From Myxococcaceae bacterium (GTDB lineage Bacteria > Myxococcota > Myxococcia > Myxococcales > Myxococcaceae), in the NCBI GenBank assembly GCA_017881265.1, contig JADGRA010000012.1:15534-79533 (forward strand): a stretch of 64,000 bases of DNA, written 5' to 3'. The translations under genes and the position numbers were made by a program. Shown here piece after piece: positions 55,441-64,000 of the stretch (positions are counted from its first letter, which is position 1; each line of letters starts with the position of its first letter). The notes under the pieces were generated by a model. The model saw nothing but the letters and a program-made list of their open reading frames with translations. It had not been told where the DNA came from and searched no databases.

Positions 55441-55647
55441 CTAGCGCCGTTTGAGAGGGACGTTGATTCCCGCCTCTCGAGCCTTCGCCAGGCCAATCGC
55501 GATGGCCTGTTTTCGCGTCATTCGCCCGTGCTTCTTGGTGCGCTTGTGATGCATTTCTTCGCGAACGAAGGCGCCGGCCTGGGTTGACGGTTTGTCTCCA
55601 CGCTGCTTGGCCCGCGTTGCGCGGTGACGGGTAGCGGCTGCGGGCAT
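55441..55647 (-). CDS. Small, very basic protein (68 aa), resembles the DUF6496-type KQAIAIGLS family
   Basis: MPAAATRHRATRAKQRGDK...HKRTKKHGRMTRKQAIAIGLAKAREAGINVPLKRR. 19 K/R versus 4 D/E. The ATG overlaps the stop of the upstream acidic ORF (TAATG). The family name is recalled from memory. Confidence 0.6.
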   Translation of the reverse strand: MPAAATRHRATRAKQRGDKPSTQAGAFVREEMHHKRTKKHGRMTRKQAIAIGLAKAREAGINVPLKRR

Positions 55648-55799
55648 TACGCTTCTCCTCGAGGCTTGGGTTCACACTCGCTGAGGTCGAGGTCTATCTC
55701 GAGGACGAACTCCGGCTCCCACCAGTCTTCGTTCAGCCCGAGAGCAACCAACAGGCTCTCATCCAGCCGCGTGTCTTGCTTTGGCTCTGCTGGCTCCAC
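55647..55799 (-). CDS. Possible small, very acidic protein (50 aa) translationally coupled to the basic protein
   Basis: GTG 55799 is preceded by AGGAGG at 6-nt spacing. VEPAEPKQDTRLDESLLVALGLNEDWWEPEFVLEIDLDLSECEPKPRGEA has 15 D/E versus 4 K/R. It is the 3' end of track ORF 55647..56282, whose upstream part does not look coding. Confidence 0.45.
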   Translation of the reverse strand: MEPAEPKQDTRLDESLLVALGLNEDWWEPEFVLEIDLDLSECEPKPRGEA

Positions 55800-56504
55800 G
55801 GTCCGCCTCCTCGAAGGAAAGGACATAGGCATCGGTGCCTGCCGCGCACAGGGGCAGGGGCGACCAGCGCCGCACTCGGCGTTCACAGGACGACAGCGAA
55901 GGTGCGCGTGCCTGGTGAGGCCCAGCGCCGGCGTCCCGCCGCGCCGAGGCCAAACCACGGCACCAGGCGACGCAGTGGGGCAGTTTGCGACACGCCCCGT
56001 GTGTCCTGCTCCTCGATGAGGCTCCGGCATGGAATTGGCAAAACCCGCGTCAACCCTCGAGAAGGGACTCTCGAAAACCTGGGGAGGGAGCATTCTGGTC
56101 TTCGTTGCGATGGACATCGTGGCTGTCAGAGCCGCCCAAGTGTCTGGGCCTTGTTCCCCGTCGACAAGCCGGCTCCCTGGGCCTCCACCATTGGTCTTGG
56201 CCCCTTCGGGTGCATTCTTGGCGGCATCGTCTTTGCGAGCGCGCTGCTCCATCAGTCGAGCATCCCCGCGCTCGTACCCCATCCGTTGGGACTGCTCGGG
56301 AGCGCTGTCGGCACGGTCGTCTTCGTTGGCGCACAGCTTGCGCGGCGCAACAGGTTGTAGACAGACGCATTTCCTTCGCTCTGGCGGCCTCGCCGAAGAG
56401 ACGAGGGGCTTGCCGAGCTCTCCCGTGAGCTCTACCTCTCACTGAGTGTTGGACCGCCGCCGTCGTTGCGGCGCGAGCTTCGGCTCTTGCAATTTGGAGA
56501 AGAA

Positions 56505-56771
56505 ATGCGCTCACGCACTGGCAGTACAGCGCTCGCCCGGCCATCGTCCCGGGCGCGCCGACTTCCGGCGGTCCTGACGAAGAAGATTCACCAATACCCT
56601 TACCTTGCGGTCGCCGCCGGCGCTGGCCTCGGCTTCTCCGTCGCCTTGGGGCTTCGCGTCGTACGGGTTGGCCGTCTGCTGGAGGTGCTTGCCGGCCTGG
56701 CGATGGTGCCTTCGCTCGTCGGGTTGCTCGATCGCAACAGGACAGTTCAGCACGCAGTGCGCAATCCCTAG
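56505..56771 (+). CDS. Small membrane protein with ElaB/DUF883-like C-terminal anchor motif (tentative)
   Basis: ATG 56505 is preceded by GGAGAAGAA. IHQYPYLAVAAGAGLGFSVALGL resembles the P...A(V/I)..A.G.GF..G membrane anchor of ElaB/YqjD-type stress proteins. GC3 about 70%. Confidence 0.45.
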   Translation: MRSRTGSTALARPSSRARRLPAVLTKKIHQYPYLAVAAGAGLGFSVALGLRVVRVGRLLEVLAGLAMVPSLVGLLDRNRTVQHAVRNP

Positions 56772-56786
56772 AATGGAGAGACAATC

Positions 56787-57083
56787 ATGCTGACGTTGAA
56801 AGACCTGAAGAATCTCGATGGTGACGCGCTGCTTGAGACAGTCGGTCTCCAGCGGCACGGAACGAGGGATTGGGTTGCTCCCGCGGTCGCCGGGGCCGCT
56901 GTTGGCCTCCTCGTGGGAGCCGCGTGCGCGCTCCTGCTGACCCCACGGTCAGGACAGGAATTGCGGAGCGAAGTCCGGCGTCGGTTCTCCACAGAGCGTG
57001 ACGAGAACGGCGTGGAGGGCTTCGACGTGCCTCCCTCCGTCGGTTCGATGCGCCCGCATTCGCAAGCCGACGGCCAAAGGTAG
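56787..57083 (+). CDS. YtxH-domain (general-stress type) small membrane-associated protein
   Basis: 98 aa with GGAGAG upstream. A TM (VAPAVAGAAVGLLVGAACALLL) followed by TPRSGQELRSEVRRRF matches the YtxH pattern (LFAPKSGKELR). Confidence 0.7.
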   Translation: MLTLKDLKNLDGDALLETVGLQRHGTRDWVAPAVAGAAVGLLVGAACALLLTPRSGQELRSEVRRRFSTERDENGVEGFDVPPSVGSMRPHSQADGQR

Positions 57084-57086
57084 GCC

Positions 57087-60000
57087 TCAGGCTTGGGGGT
57101 GTGGCGGCCCGCGGAGGCCCCCGGTGGAGGCTTCCACTGGGGGCCCGGGGCGTCGGGTCCCCGAAGCAGCCTGGTCGTCCGCGCGGGCGGTGGCTCCGGT
57201 GGATGGCCCCTGGCCCGGGCCATGGTCGCCAGAGTGGGCGGCGAGGTTTCCCAGCGTCACCCGAACGGCGTGGCGAGCCCCGTCATCGACCAAGGGGATG
57301 GCCAGGTGATTGACCGGTGCACCGTCCAACCTGGCCTCGAGCACTCCCTGACAGCGCCGTTCTGGATTCGACACCACGATTTCGTAGTGGCTCCCTCCGA
57401 ATCGCCAGTCGATGGTGAAGCTGGGCCACGACGAGGGAATGCATGGATTGACCTCGAAGGTCGACCCGTGCCGCCGAAGGCCGAGCATGCTTTCGAGGCC
57501 AGCGCGGTACATCCAACCGGCCGAGCCCGTGTACCAGGTCCAGCCGGACCGTCCGAGATGATTCGGGTGGGCACAGACGTCGCCTGCGATGACGAACGGC
57601 TCGCCCTGGTAGCGTTCGACATCTGCAGGCGAGCGTGAACGATTGATTGGATTCAGCATGTGGAACAGCTCGGCTGCTTCGTCGCCATTCCCGAGGTCGG
57701 CGAGTGCCATCACTGTCCACACTGCCGCGTGTGTGTATTGGCCACCGTTCTCGCGCACGCCCGGCGGGTAGCCCTTGATGTAGCCGGGGTCCTGAGCGCT
57801 GTGGTCAAAAGGTGGCGTCAGCAAGGTGAGAATCCCGGACGCGCGCCGCAAGAGATGTGTCCGCACTGCGTCCATCGCCTGTTCCGCGAAACGTCGCGGA
57901 ACGGCGCCGGAAAGGACGGCCCAGGTCTGGGCGATCGAGTCGATTTTGCACTCGTCACTCTGCGCAGACCCGAGGGGTGAGCCATCGTCGTAATAGCCAC
58001 GCCGGTACCATTCGCCGTCCCACGTCAGTTGTAAGGCCGTCGCCAGCCGTCCGGCTTCCTGACGGTAGCGCTCGGCATGGGAGCGGTCGCCGCGCCCCTC
58101 GCACAGCGCAGCAAACTCGGTGAGCACCCCATGGAGAAAGAAGCCGAGCCAGGTGCTCTCACCGCGCCCCGCTCTCCCCACACGATTGAATCCGTCATTC
58201 CAGTCGCCACTGCCGATGAGCGGCAGCCCGTGCGCTCCGACGGTGAGAGCCCGGTCGATGGCCCGGAGGCAGTGCTCCAGCAAGGGAGCCGACTGGGACG
58301 AGACCTGTGGCGTCCCGTACGCCTCCTGCGCGTCGGCGGCCAGCGGTGGGGCTTCCAGGAATTTGACCGGCTCGTCCAGGACCCCGGTATCTCCCGTGGT
58401 GTCGACGTAGTGGGCCACGGCTTTGGGGAGCCAGAGCAAGTCGTCGGAGCAGCGCGTTCGGATTCCTGCGCCGCTCGTTTCGTGCCACCAATGCTGCACG
58501 TCGCCCTCCGAGAATTGTCGGGCCGCCGCCCGCAGCAGATGGTCCCGAAGCAGGTCGGGCCTTGCTTGCGCGAGCGCCATCGCATCCTGGAGCTGGTCGC
58601 GGAAGCCAAAGGCACCACCCGGCTGGTAGTAGCCCGAGCGCGCCCACATCCGACAGCTGATGGCTTGATAGAGAAGCCACTGATTGAGCAGGAGGTCGAA
58701 CGAGTCGTCCGGGGTATGCACCTGGATATTCCGCAGGCTGGCGTCCCACGCGGACTTGACGGCGGCCAACTCGGAGTCTGCTGCAGGCAGCGTGGCGTGC
58801 AGTCGTAGCAGCGCCCGTGCCGCCTCGCGGTCATGTCCCTGGCCGAGAACGAAGACCATCCGCCGTCTTTCGCCGGGTGGGAGCTCGACCGAGACCTGAA
58901 GTGCTGCGCATGGATCGAGCCCGGCCCCGAATTTTCCGGCGAGCCGCCGCTCCCGGAGCGCCGCCGGGTCGGCGATGTCGCCATTTCGCCCGATGAACGT
59001 CGAGCGATCGCCGGTCGCGGAGAAGAGCTCCTCGCTCGAGGCAGCGAAGGCCACTCGGTCCGGGAACTCGCCGTTGTAAGGGTTCCGCGCGAGCACGGCC
59101 TGGGAGGCATCGTCGAATTCGGTCACCACGTTGAGCTGGGTTCCAGCCTGGGGCGGTCCCAGGACCCACGCGCTGTAATAGAAAAGGCTGAGGCGGCGCG
59201 TCTCCTCGCCGTCGTTGAAAAGGCTCAGGACGGAGAACTTGACCGAGTCTCGCAGCGCGACGAAGACATCCAGCTCGTGCCGGATTCCGGTGTGGGCGCC
59301 AGCGAAGCTGGTCAACCCGGGCGCGTGGCGAATGACATGGCGACCGCTGGCCTGCGTCCGGGCCATCGGTCCCGGGGTCACCGACCAGGCGCCGCTGCCG
59401 GCCTCATCCCGAACAAAGAGAGCCTCTCCCGTCGGGTCGACGACCGGGTCGTTCGCAAAGGGCGTCAGGCGGTTCTGGCGACTGTTCTCGGACCAGGTGA
59501 ACGCAGCTCCTGACGTTGTGACGATGGTTCCAAAGGAAGCGTTGGCAAGAACGTTCGCCCAGGGAAGGGGCGTCTCACGTTCCCCGTCCAGCACCACGGC
59601 GTAGGCACGGCCCTCATCGCTGAAGCCACCGATGCCGTTGCCCATCAGCAGAGGTGGGACTGGAGTCATTGGTTCGCCCGCCGTCAGCGGTGCTGCCCTG
59701 TGTGGACGCGAAGGGACAAATGGCGCTGGATGGTCCAAGCTCCGCACTGGGCGGCTCAGCTGAGCGGCCAGCGTGCCGTGTTCTCCGCTGAGGACGGCAC
59801 GCGCGACGCTGGCGATGAGGATTCGCTCGTCCTCGGCCATCCGGTCGGACCGCAGGAGATAGGCACCACCCGGACGGTCCTTCCAGCTTCGCCAACTGCC
59901 CTCCTCCAGCAGGGAGACGAGCTGTGCTTGCACCTCGTCGAGGTAGCCGACGGGCTGCTCGTTCAGGATGACTAGATCGGCGGTGAGTCCCTTGAGACGC

Positions 60001-63000
60001 CAGTACTCCTGCGCGACCAGGACCTCGCGCACCAGCGCCAGGTCCTCGGCCTTCAGGAGTCGAACCAACACCACCGGGTGGTCACCCGAGATGCCGTGAC
60101 GCCAGAGACCCGCTTGGCCCAGTCTGACTTGCGCCAGGACGTCCGGACTCGCGCGCAAGGAACCATCCACGTAGAGCACTCTCGAGGCCAGCCGTTCAAA
60201 CAGTGCCGCCTCTTCTTCGGAGATGTTGAGATGACGCAGGCTGCTCTGCGCGCGGGCGGATGCCATGGCGAACGTTCGGCTCGCGGCACTGGGGTCATGG
60301 TACTTTTGCGCAAGCGCGCGGGCAGCCCCTCGGCTTGGCGCGACCCCGGTGAAGAAGGAGAGACGGACGAAGGCGCCGGGCGCCAGTCGAACGCGTTGTC
60401 GGAGGCAGAGAATCGGGTCGAGGGTGACGCCCGTCGTGCCCGAGAGCGCGCGGCCGTCCATGGCCTGGGGCCTCTTCAGACTTCGCCCGCGGCCCAGGAA
60501 TTGTGATCGGTCAGTTTCCCACTCGACCGGGCCTTGCGCTCGGCTCTCCTGACTCAGCACATGAACTGCCCAGAGCTCGGCATCCTCCGCTGACCGCGGT
60601 CTCCGCCGGCAGATGAGCGCGTTGCTTTCCGGAAGGTACTCCGTCTCGACGAACAGCTTCACGAAGGCCGGATGCGCCACGTCATCCGCCAACGGCGCGA
60701 GGACCACCTCGACATAACTTGTGACTTCAATCTCTCGTTGACGGCTGCCGTGGTTATTCAGCGACAGCCGGCGAACCTCGACGTCGTCCTCGGTCGAGAC
60801 AGCGATGTCCAGTTGGGTGGTGATGTCGTCGTCACGACGCCGGAAAGTCACTTTCTCAGCGACAAACGTCACGTCGTAATCATCCGACTCCTGGCCCACG
60901 GGCTGGTGGGCAGCGCTCCACACCGCCCCGCTCCGGACGTCGCGCAGATAGGTGAACTGGCTCCCGGGGTCCTCGGTCGCGTCCAGTCGCTGACGTGTGA
61001 CAGCGATGCCGCGCCAGAGGCTGGCGCCCCCGCCGGCATTGGTGAGCACGACTGCGTACCGTCCGTTGGAGAGGAACTGGGCGTGGGGGAAACGCGTCTG
61101 GGGCGACCGGAATCGCCGAATGGAGACCGCTGGAATGAGTGTCTTCCTGGTTTCCTCGGCCGGCCTCGGCGGAACAATCGGGGTGCGTCGAGGAACCCGC
61201 TCCTGAAGGAGCAACTCCGTGGCTTCGTTTCGAGGGTCTGCGTGAAACCGCTTGACCATCAGGTCACCAAGGATTGCGTTCGAGAGCGCGACCAGCGTCA
61301 TTCCCTGGTGGTGTGCCAGGTAGGCGCGGACGACGACCCCGCGTCGTGCACTCGACGGCCTCGACTCGTCGACGGCGAATTCCAAGCCGGTGTGCGTGTA
61401 GTCGATGGCTTCGTAGAAGCCATGACTGCCGACCAGTCCTTCCTTCGCCAACCGTCGTAGGTTCTTCGCGGCCTCGGTCGGCTCGAGCAGCGACGCGAGA
61501 GCAGTCGCGTACGGGGCGACCACCACCTCTTCTCCCAGTCCCCGTTTGAGACCCAGACCAGGAACGCCGAAAGCTTTGTATTGGTAATTGTCATTCCGGT
61601 CGACGACGTTGTAGGCGGACTCAGAGGCGCCCCAGGGCACGCCGCACTCCCGTCCGTATTCAATCTGCCGTCGGACCGCCATGCGACAGCTCTGGTCGAG
61701 GAGCGTTTCCCGGTAGCTCCGCATCAAGAGCAATGGAAGCAGGTACTCGAAGAGCGTTGCGCTCCACGAGAGCAAGGTCGGCCGTCCATCCACACTGGTC
61801 AGCAGCCGCCCCAGATGGAACCAATGCGTCTCCGGAACGTCTCCCTTGGCGATGGCGATGAAACTCGCCAGCCGAGCTTCCGAGGCAAGAAGGTCGTAGT
61901 GGGACGAGTCGAGCCGCCCTGGGCCCTCGCTGTCTGGCAGCCGGTAGCCAATCGCGAAGAGATGGAGCAGCGGGTTGTACAAGAAGCGAAAATTCATCCG
62001 GTCTGCCAAGGCAAGGCATTGCCCGGCCAGACGCTTGAGTCGGCCTGACAGCTCCGCGGGTGGTTCAAGCGCGGCGGAGATGTCCGAAATCAAGCGGTGG
62101 CCCCAGTACGCCGCTTCGGCCAGAGGTCCTCCCTTGTTCGACTCGACGACGCGCGCCGCCGCCTCCAAGCGCGGGAGCTCGGACCGCAGTTGCTCCAACC
62201 TGGCCTCGGCTCCCAGTTCCTCGGCGAATAGCCCCTGCTCGACTCGCCCAGCCGCAGCGGCCAACCGCCAAATCGAATCTCGAGCCGGGCCGGGGGCCGC
62301 AGGCTGTTCCAGCGACAAGCGGAGCAGCGCCGCGACGTCCGCAATGCCGGCGCAAAGACTCGAAGCTGACTGTGGCCTCGTCTCAAGCTCGCGAAGGCCT
62401 TGCGCTAGCGTGATGAGTGCTCCGGCGAGGTTCCCGCTGTCGACAGTAGAGACGTAGGCGGGGGAAAGCGGGGCGAGGGTCTGGGTGTCATACCAATTGA
62501 GGAGATGGCCTTCGCACTGCTCGAGGCCGTTGACCGTCTCCAGCGTGGCTTCGAAACGGTTGACCAGCTGGGCTGTCCGGATGAACCCGAGGTCGTGGGC
62601 CGCCAGGCTGGCTAGCAATCCCATGCCGATGTTTGTTGGCGAAGTCCGAGCCGCCATCCTGGCCTCAGGGATCTCTTGGAAGTTGTCGGGCGGAAGGCCG
62701 TGATGCACCGCCGTCTCAAACTCCTCGAAATACCGCCAGGTGCGACGCGCAACTTGTCTCAACAGGCGCCGGTCCTCGGCGCTGAGTTCCTCGCGGACGT
62801 CGAGTCTCGGCCGACTCAACGCGTACGCAATGAGCGGCGCGAGGGCCCACAGGACGAGGATGGGAGCTGCGACCGGTAACGCGCGCAGTCGAACGCTGGC
62901 CACCATGAAGGTCGCGAGGACTGCCCCCGCCGGGCTGGCCACCATCTCCAGGACGAAGGCCCGTGCTCCTGATTTCAGCTGCAAGCCAGCCCCTCGGGCC

Positions 63001-64000
63001 GTGCTGGCCGCCGCGGTCTCCCATTGGAGCAGGCGCCGCTGCGTCACCGCGAGACGGACAAGTGTCGTGACGGTGGCATGCGCCATGCCGTAGGCTTGGC
63101 TAGCGGCAAAGGTGAGTTGGAGCGCGGCCTGGGCGAGGGCAGCCCCGACGTCCGCTGAGAGCGCGGTCATGCTGACCGTCAACGGGCGGTTCGAAGGCAG
63201 ACGAGCGAGAGCGCCCAACAGCAATGGGTACACCGGGAATGCAAGTGCCGCGAGAACCCCGAGCGTCCAAACCAGAGGACTGCCCGGCAGCACGGTCCAG
63301 CCCATCAAGAGCAGAACCACCGTTGCCAGCGGGACTTGTGTTCGCCTCAGGTTGTCGAGAATCTTCCAGCGAGAAATCAGCGGAAGCCGGTTGCGTTCGA
63401 AGCCAGAACGGGTGGGAACGACGGGGAACAGCCACCAAAGAATCTGCCAATCGCCTCGCGCCCAGCGGTGCTGGCGCCGAGCGTGGGCCAGCACGCTCGA
63501 GGGGTAGTCGTCCACGAGCTCGACGTCCGTGACGAGCGCCGTTCGCCCGTAGAGACCTTCGAAGAGGTCGTGCGAGAGCAGGGCGTTCTCCGGAACGCGG
63601 CCCTCAAGCGCGGCGGAAAATGCATCGACGTCGTACAGACCTTTCCCGGTAAAGATGCCTTCCGCGAAAAGGTCCTGATAGGTGTCCGACACCGCGGTCG
63701 TGTATGGGTCGACTCCCGTGTGTCCGGCATAGAGGCGCGCAAAGAGAGACCCAGCGGCACTGGCCAGAGTGACGCTGACGCGAGGCTGAAGCACACCGTA
63801 GCCCTCGGTCACGCGTCGTGAGATTGCATCGAACGACGGGCGATTCAGCGAGTGCGCGATGATGCCAACCAGTTTCTTGGCAGCATCGCGCGGCAGGCGC
63901 GTATCCGAATCCAGCGTCAGGCAGTAGCGGACGGTGGGCAGTACCGCAGGGTCCCCCAGCTGAACAGTGAAGCTCGTGTCCGTCGCTCCCCGCAGCAGAC
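57087..64000 (-). CDS. ndvB: Cyclic beta-1,2-glucan synthase (NdvB/ChvB/Cgs type; GT84 + TM region + GH94 phosphorylase-like domain), N-terminus outside window
   Basis: The track ORF begins at an internal GTG (63812), but the frame stays open to the window edge. Upstream it reads ...[27 protein letters not shown]..., the D-x-D region of the GT84 domain. Then [12 protein letters not shown] (QxxRW), a multi-TM block, and a long GH94-like C-terminal half (..[10 protein letters not shown].., ..QYLRD.., ..[10 protein letters not shown]..). More than 2300 aa are visible. Confidence 0.92.
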   Translation of the reverse strand, partial: LLRGATDTSFTVQLGDPAVLPTVRYCLTLDSDTRLPRDAAKKLVGIIAHSLNRPSFDAISRRVTEGYGVLQPRVSVTLASAAGSLFARLYAGHTGVDPYTTAVSDTYQDLFAEGIFTGKGLYDVDAFSAALEGRVPENALLSHDLFEGLYGRTALVTDVELVDDYPSSVLAHARRQHRWARGDWQILWWLFPVVPTRSGFERNRLPLISRWKILDNLRRTQVPLATVVLLLMGWTVLPGSPLVWTLGVLAALAFPVYPLLLGALARLPSNRPLTVSMTALSADVGAALAQAALQLTFAASQAYGMAHATVTTLVRLAVTQRRLLQWETAAASTARGAGLQLKSGARAFVLEMVASPAGAVLATFMVASVRLRALPVAAPILVLWALAPLIAYALSRPRLDVREELSAEDRRLLRQVARRTWRYFEEFETAVHHGLPPDNFQEIPEARMAARTSPTNIGMGLLASLAAHDLGFIRTAQLVNRFEATLETVNGLEQCEGHLLNWYDTQTLAPLSPAYVSTVDSGNLAGALITLAQGLRELETRPQSASSLCAGIADVAALLRLSLEQPAAPGPARDSIWRLAAAAGRVEQGLFAEELGAEARLEQLRSELPRLEAAARVVESNKGGPLAEAAYWGHRLISDISAALEPPAELSGRLKRLAGQCLALADRMNFRFLYNPLLHLFAIGYRLPDSEGPGRLDSSHYDLLASEARLASFIAIAKGDVPETHWFHLGRLLTSVDGRPTLLSWSATLFEYLLPLLLMRSYRETLLDQSCRMAVRRQIEYGRECGVPWGASESAYNVVDRNDNYQYKAFGVPGLGLKRGLGEEVVVAPYATALASLLEPTEAAKNLRRLAKEGLVGSHGFYEAIDYTHTGLEFAVDESRPSSARRGVVVRAYLAHHQGMTLVALSNAILGDLMVKRFHADPRNEATELLLQERVPRRTPIVPPRPAEETRKTLIPAVSIRRFRSPQTRFPHAQFLSNGRYAVVLTNAGGGASLWRGIAVTRQRLDATEDPGSQFTYLRDVRSGAVWSAAHQPVGQESDDYDVTFVAEKVTFRRRDDDITTQLDIAVSTEDDVEVRRLSLNNHGSRQREIEVTSYVEVVLAPLADDVAHPAFVKLFVETEYLPESNALICRRRPRSAEDAELWAVHVLSQESRAQGPVEWETDRSQFLGRGRSLKRPQAMDGRALSGTTGVTLDPILCLRQRVRLAPGAFVRLSFFTGVAPSRGAARALAQKYHDPSAASRTFAMASARAQSSLRHLNISEEEAALFERLASRVLYVDGSLRASPDVLAQVRLGQAGLWRHGISGDHPVVLVRLLKAEDLALVREVLVAQEYWRLKGLTADLVILNEQPVGYLDEVQAQLVSLLEEGSWRSWKDRPGGAYLLRSDRMAEDERILIASVARAVLSGEHGTLAAQLSRPVRSLDHPAPFVPSRPHRAAPLTAGEPMTPVPPLLMGNGIGGFSDEGRAYAVVLDGERETPLPWANVLANASFGTIVTTSGAAFTWSENSRQNRLTPFANDPVVDPTGEALFVRDEAGSGAWSVTPGPMARTQASGRHVIRHAPGLTSFAGAHTGIRHELDVFVALRDSVKFSVLSLFNDGEETRRLSLFYYSAWVLGPPQAGTQLNVVTEFDDASQAVLARNPYNGEFPDRVAFAASSEELFSATGDRSTFIGRNGDIADPAALRERRLAGKFGAGLDPCAALQVSVELPPGERRRMVFVLGQGHDREAARALLRLHATLPAADSELAAVKSAWDASLRNIQVHTPDDSFDLLLNQWLLYQAISCRMWARSGYYQPGGAFGFRDQLQDAMALAQARPDLLRDHLLRAAARQFSEGDVQHWWHETSGAGIRTRCSDDLLWLPKAVAHYVDTTGDTGVLDEPVKFLEAPPLAADAQEAYGTPQVSSQSAPLLEHCLRAIDRALTVGAHGLPLIGSGDWNDGFNRVGRAGRGESTWLGFFLHGVLTEFAALCEGRGDRSHAERYRQEAGRLATALQLTWDGEWYRRGYYDDGSPLGSAQSDECKIDSIAQTWAVLSGAVPRRFAEQAMDAVRTHLLRRASGILTLLTPPFDHSAQDPGYIKGYPPGVRENGGQYTHAAVWTVMALADLGNGDEAAELFHMLNPINRSRSPADVERYQGEPFVIAGDVCAHPNHLGRSGWTWYTGSAGWMYRAGLESMLGLRRHGSTFEVNPCIPSSWPSFTIDWRFGGSHYEIVVSNPERRCQGVLEARLDGAPVNHLAIPLVDDGARHAVRVTLGNLAAHSGDHGPGQGPSTGATARADDQAASGTRRPGPPVEASTGGLRGPPHPQA

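Noticed and set aside
55968-55992. TGTCGC-N14-CGTC on the minus strand, upstream of the acidic small ORF. It superficially resembles the ECF42-type promoter at 17293-17321.
   Set aside because: The spacer is 14 nt rather than 16-17 and the -35 differs (TGTCGC versus TGTCGA). Most likely a chance occurrence in GC-rich DNA.
55647-56282. The 211-aa minus-strand ORF taken as a single gene.
   Set aside because: Only the last 50 codons have an RBS-supported start and a coherent (acidic) composition. Upstream codons are rich in A/T third positions and the peptide has no features. The N-terminal part is antisense to a better-scoring plus-strand TM-like frame.
56151-56360. Possible ~69-aa two-TM glycine-zipper-like protein on the plus strand (TTG start).
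   Set aside because: Not reported as a feature. It has no ATG/GTG start with an RBS, the upstream part of the frame (from ATG 56016) has poor GC3, and no family was recognised. It is kept only as a hypothesis within the ambiguous-region finding.
1-64000. Searched by eye for CRISPR-like spaced repeats, tRNA/rRNA genes, IS elements (transposase/integrase ORFs, terminal inverted repeats), retron/DGR reverse transcriptases, restriction-modification and other known defence genes.
   Set aside because: None seen. No ORF has transposase, integrase, RT, nuclease/helicase or methyltransferase (other than rsmH) signatures, and no periodic repeat arrays were noticed. A computational repeat and covariance-model scan would be needed to exclude small RNAs or MITEs.

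Overview
High-GC (roughly 70%) bacterial chromosomal segment, very likely Myxococcota. Support for that: a carD-carG pair with a histone-H1-like CarD tail as described for Anaeromyxobacter-type CarD, plus many STPK, FHA, PilZ, ECF and lipoprotein genes. The centre (about 18.1-39.5 kb) is a complete division/cell-wall (dcw) cluster: mraZ-[STAS gene]-rsmH-ftsL-ftsI-murE-murF-mraY-murD-ftsW-murG-murC // murB-ddl-ftsQ-ftsA-ftsZ. Many junctions are 4-nt stop/start overlaps. Two things are non-canonical: a STAS-domain ORF translationally coupled to mraZ, and three unrelated genes (DUF1624-like membrane protein, HExxH lipoprotein, DUF1304-like protein) in mixed orientation between murC and murB. Left flank, in coordinate order: a 5'-truncated aldehyde dehydrogenase; a same-strand minus array carD-carG-hypothetical-GT39 glycosyltransferase-lipoprotein; a receiver protein and a Ser/Thr kinase; a lipoprotein; a long acyl-CoA dehydrogenase; DUF3224; a four-gene DevCAB-like ABC/MFP/NodT exporter; an ECF42-type sigma factor with its YCII (DGPF) partner and a candidate cognate promoter; and a tandem PilZ protein. 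Right flank: DUF4142; a 1039-aa membrane-anchored S1 protease / pseudo-protease / cysteine-paired Sel1-like-repeat protein with two uncharacterised upstream genes; biotin carboxylase + mini-BCCP + crotonase; an FHA-FHA-TM-TPR protein coupled to a REC-XRE regulator; a CADD/PqqC-like di-iron protein; a second GT39 coupled to an ABC-2 transporter; and an SPFH/zinc-ribbon protein. From about 55.4 kb G+C is visibly lower. This stretch holds small stress-type proteins (YtxH-like, ElaB-like anchor, a charge-complementary acidic/basic pair) and a giant cyclic beta-1,2-glucan synthase (NdvB/Cgs type) that runs off the window end. I found no rRNA, tRNA, CRISPR array, transposase or integrase. All family calls are motif recognition by eye from the supplied translations, with no searches run. 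Start codons were chosen by frame arithmetic, RBS and overlap logic and several remain uncertain. Most long ORFs in the track are high-GC shadow frames and were discarded.
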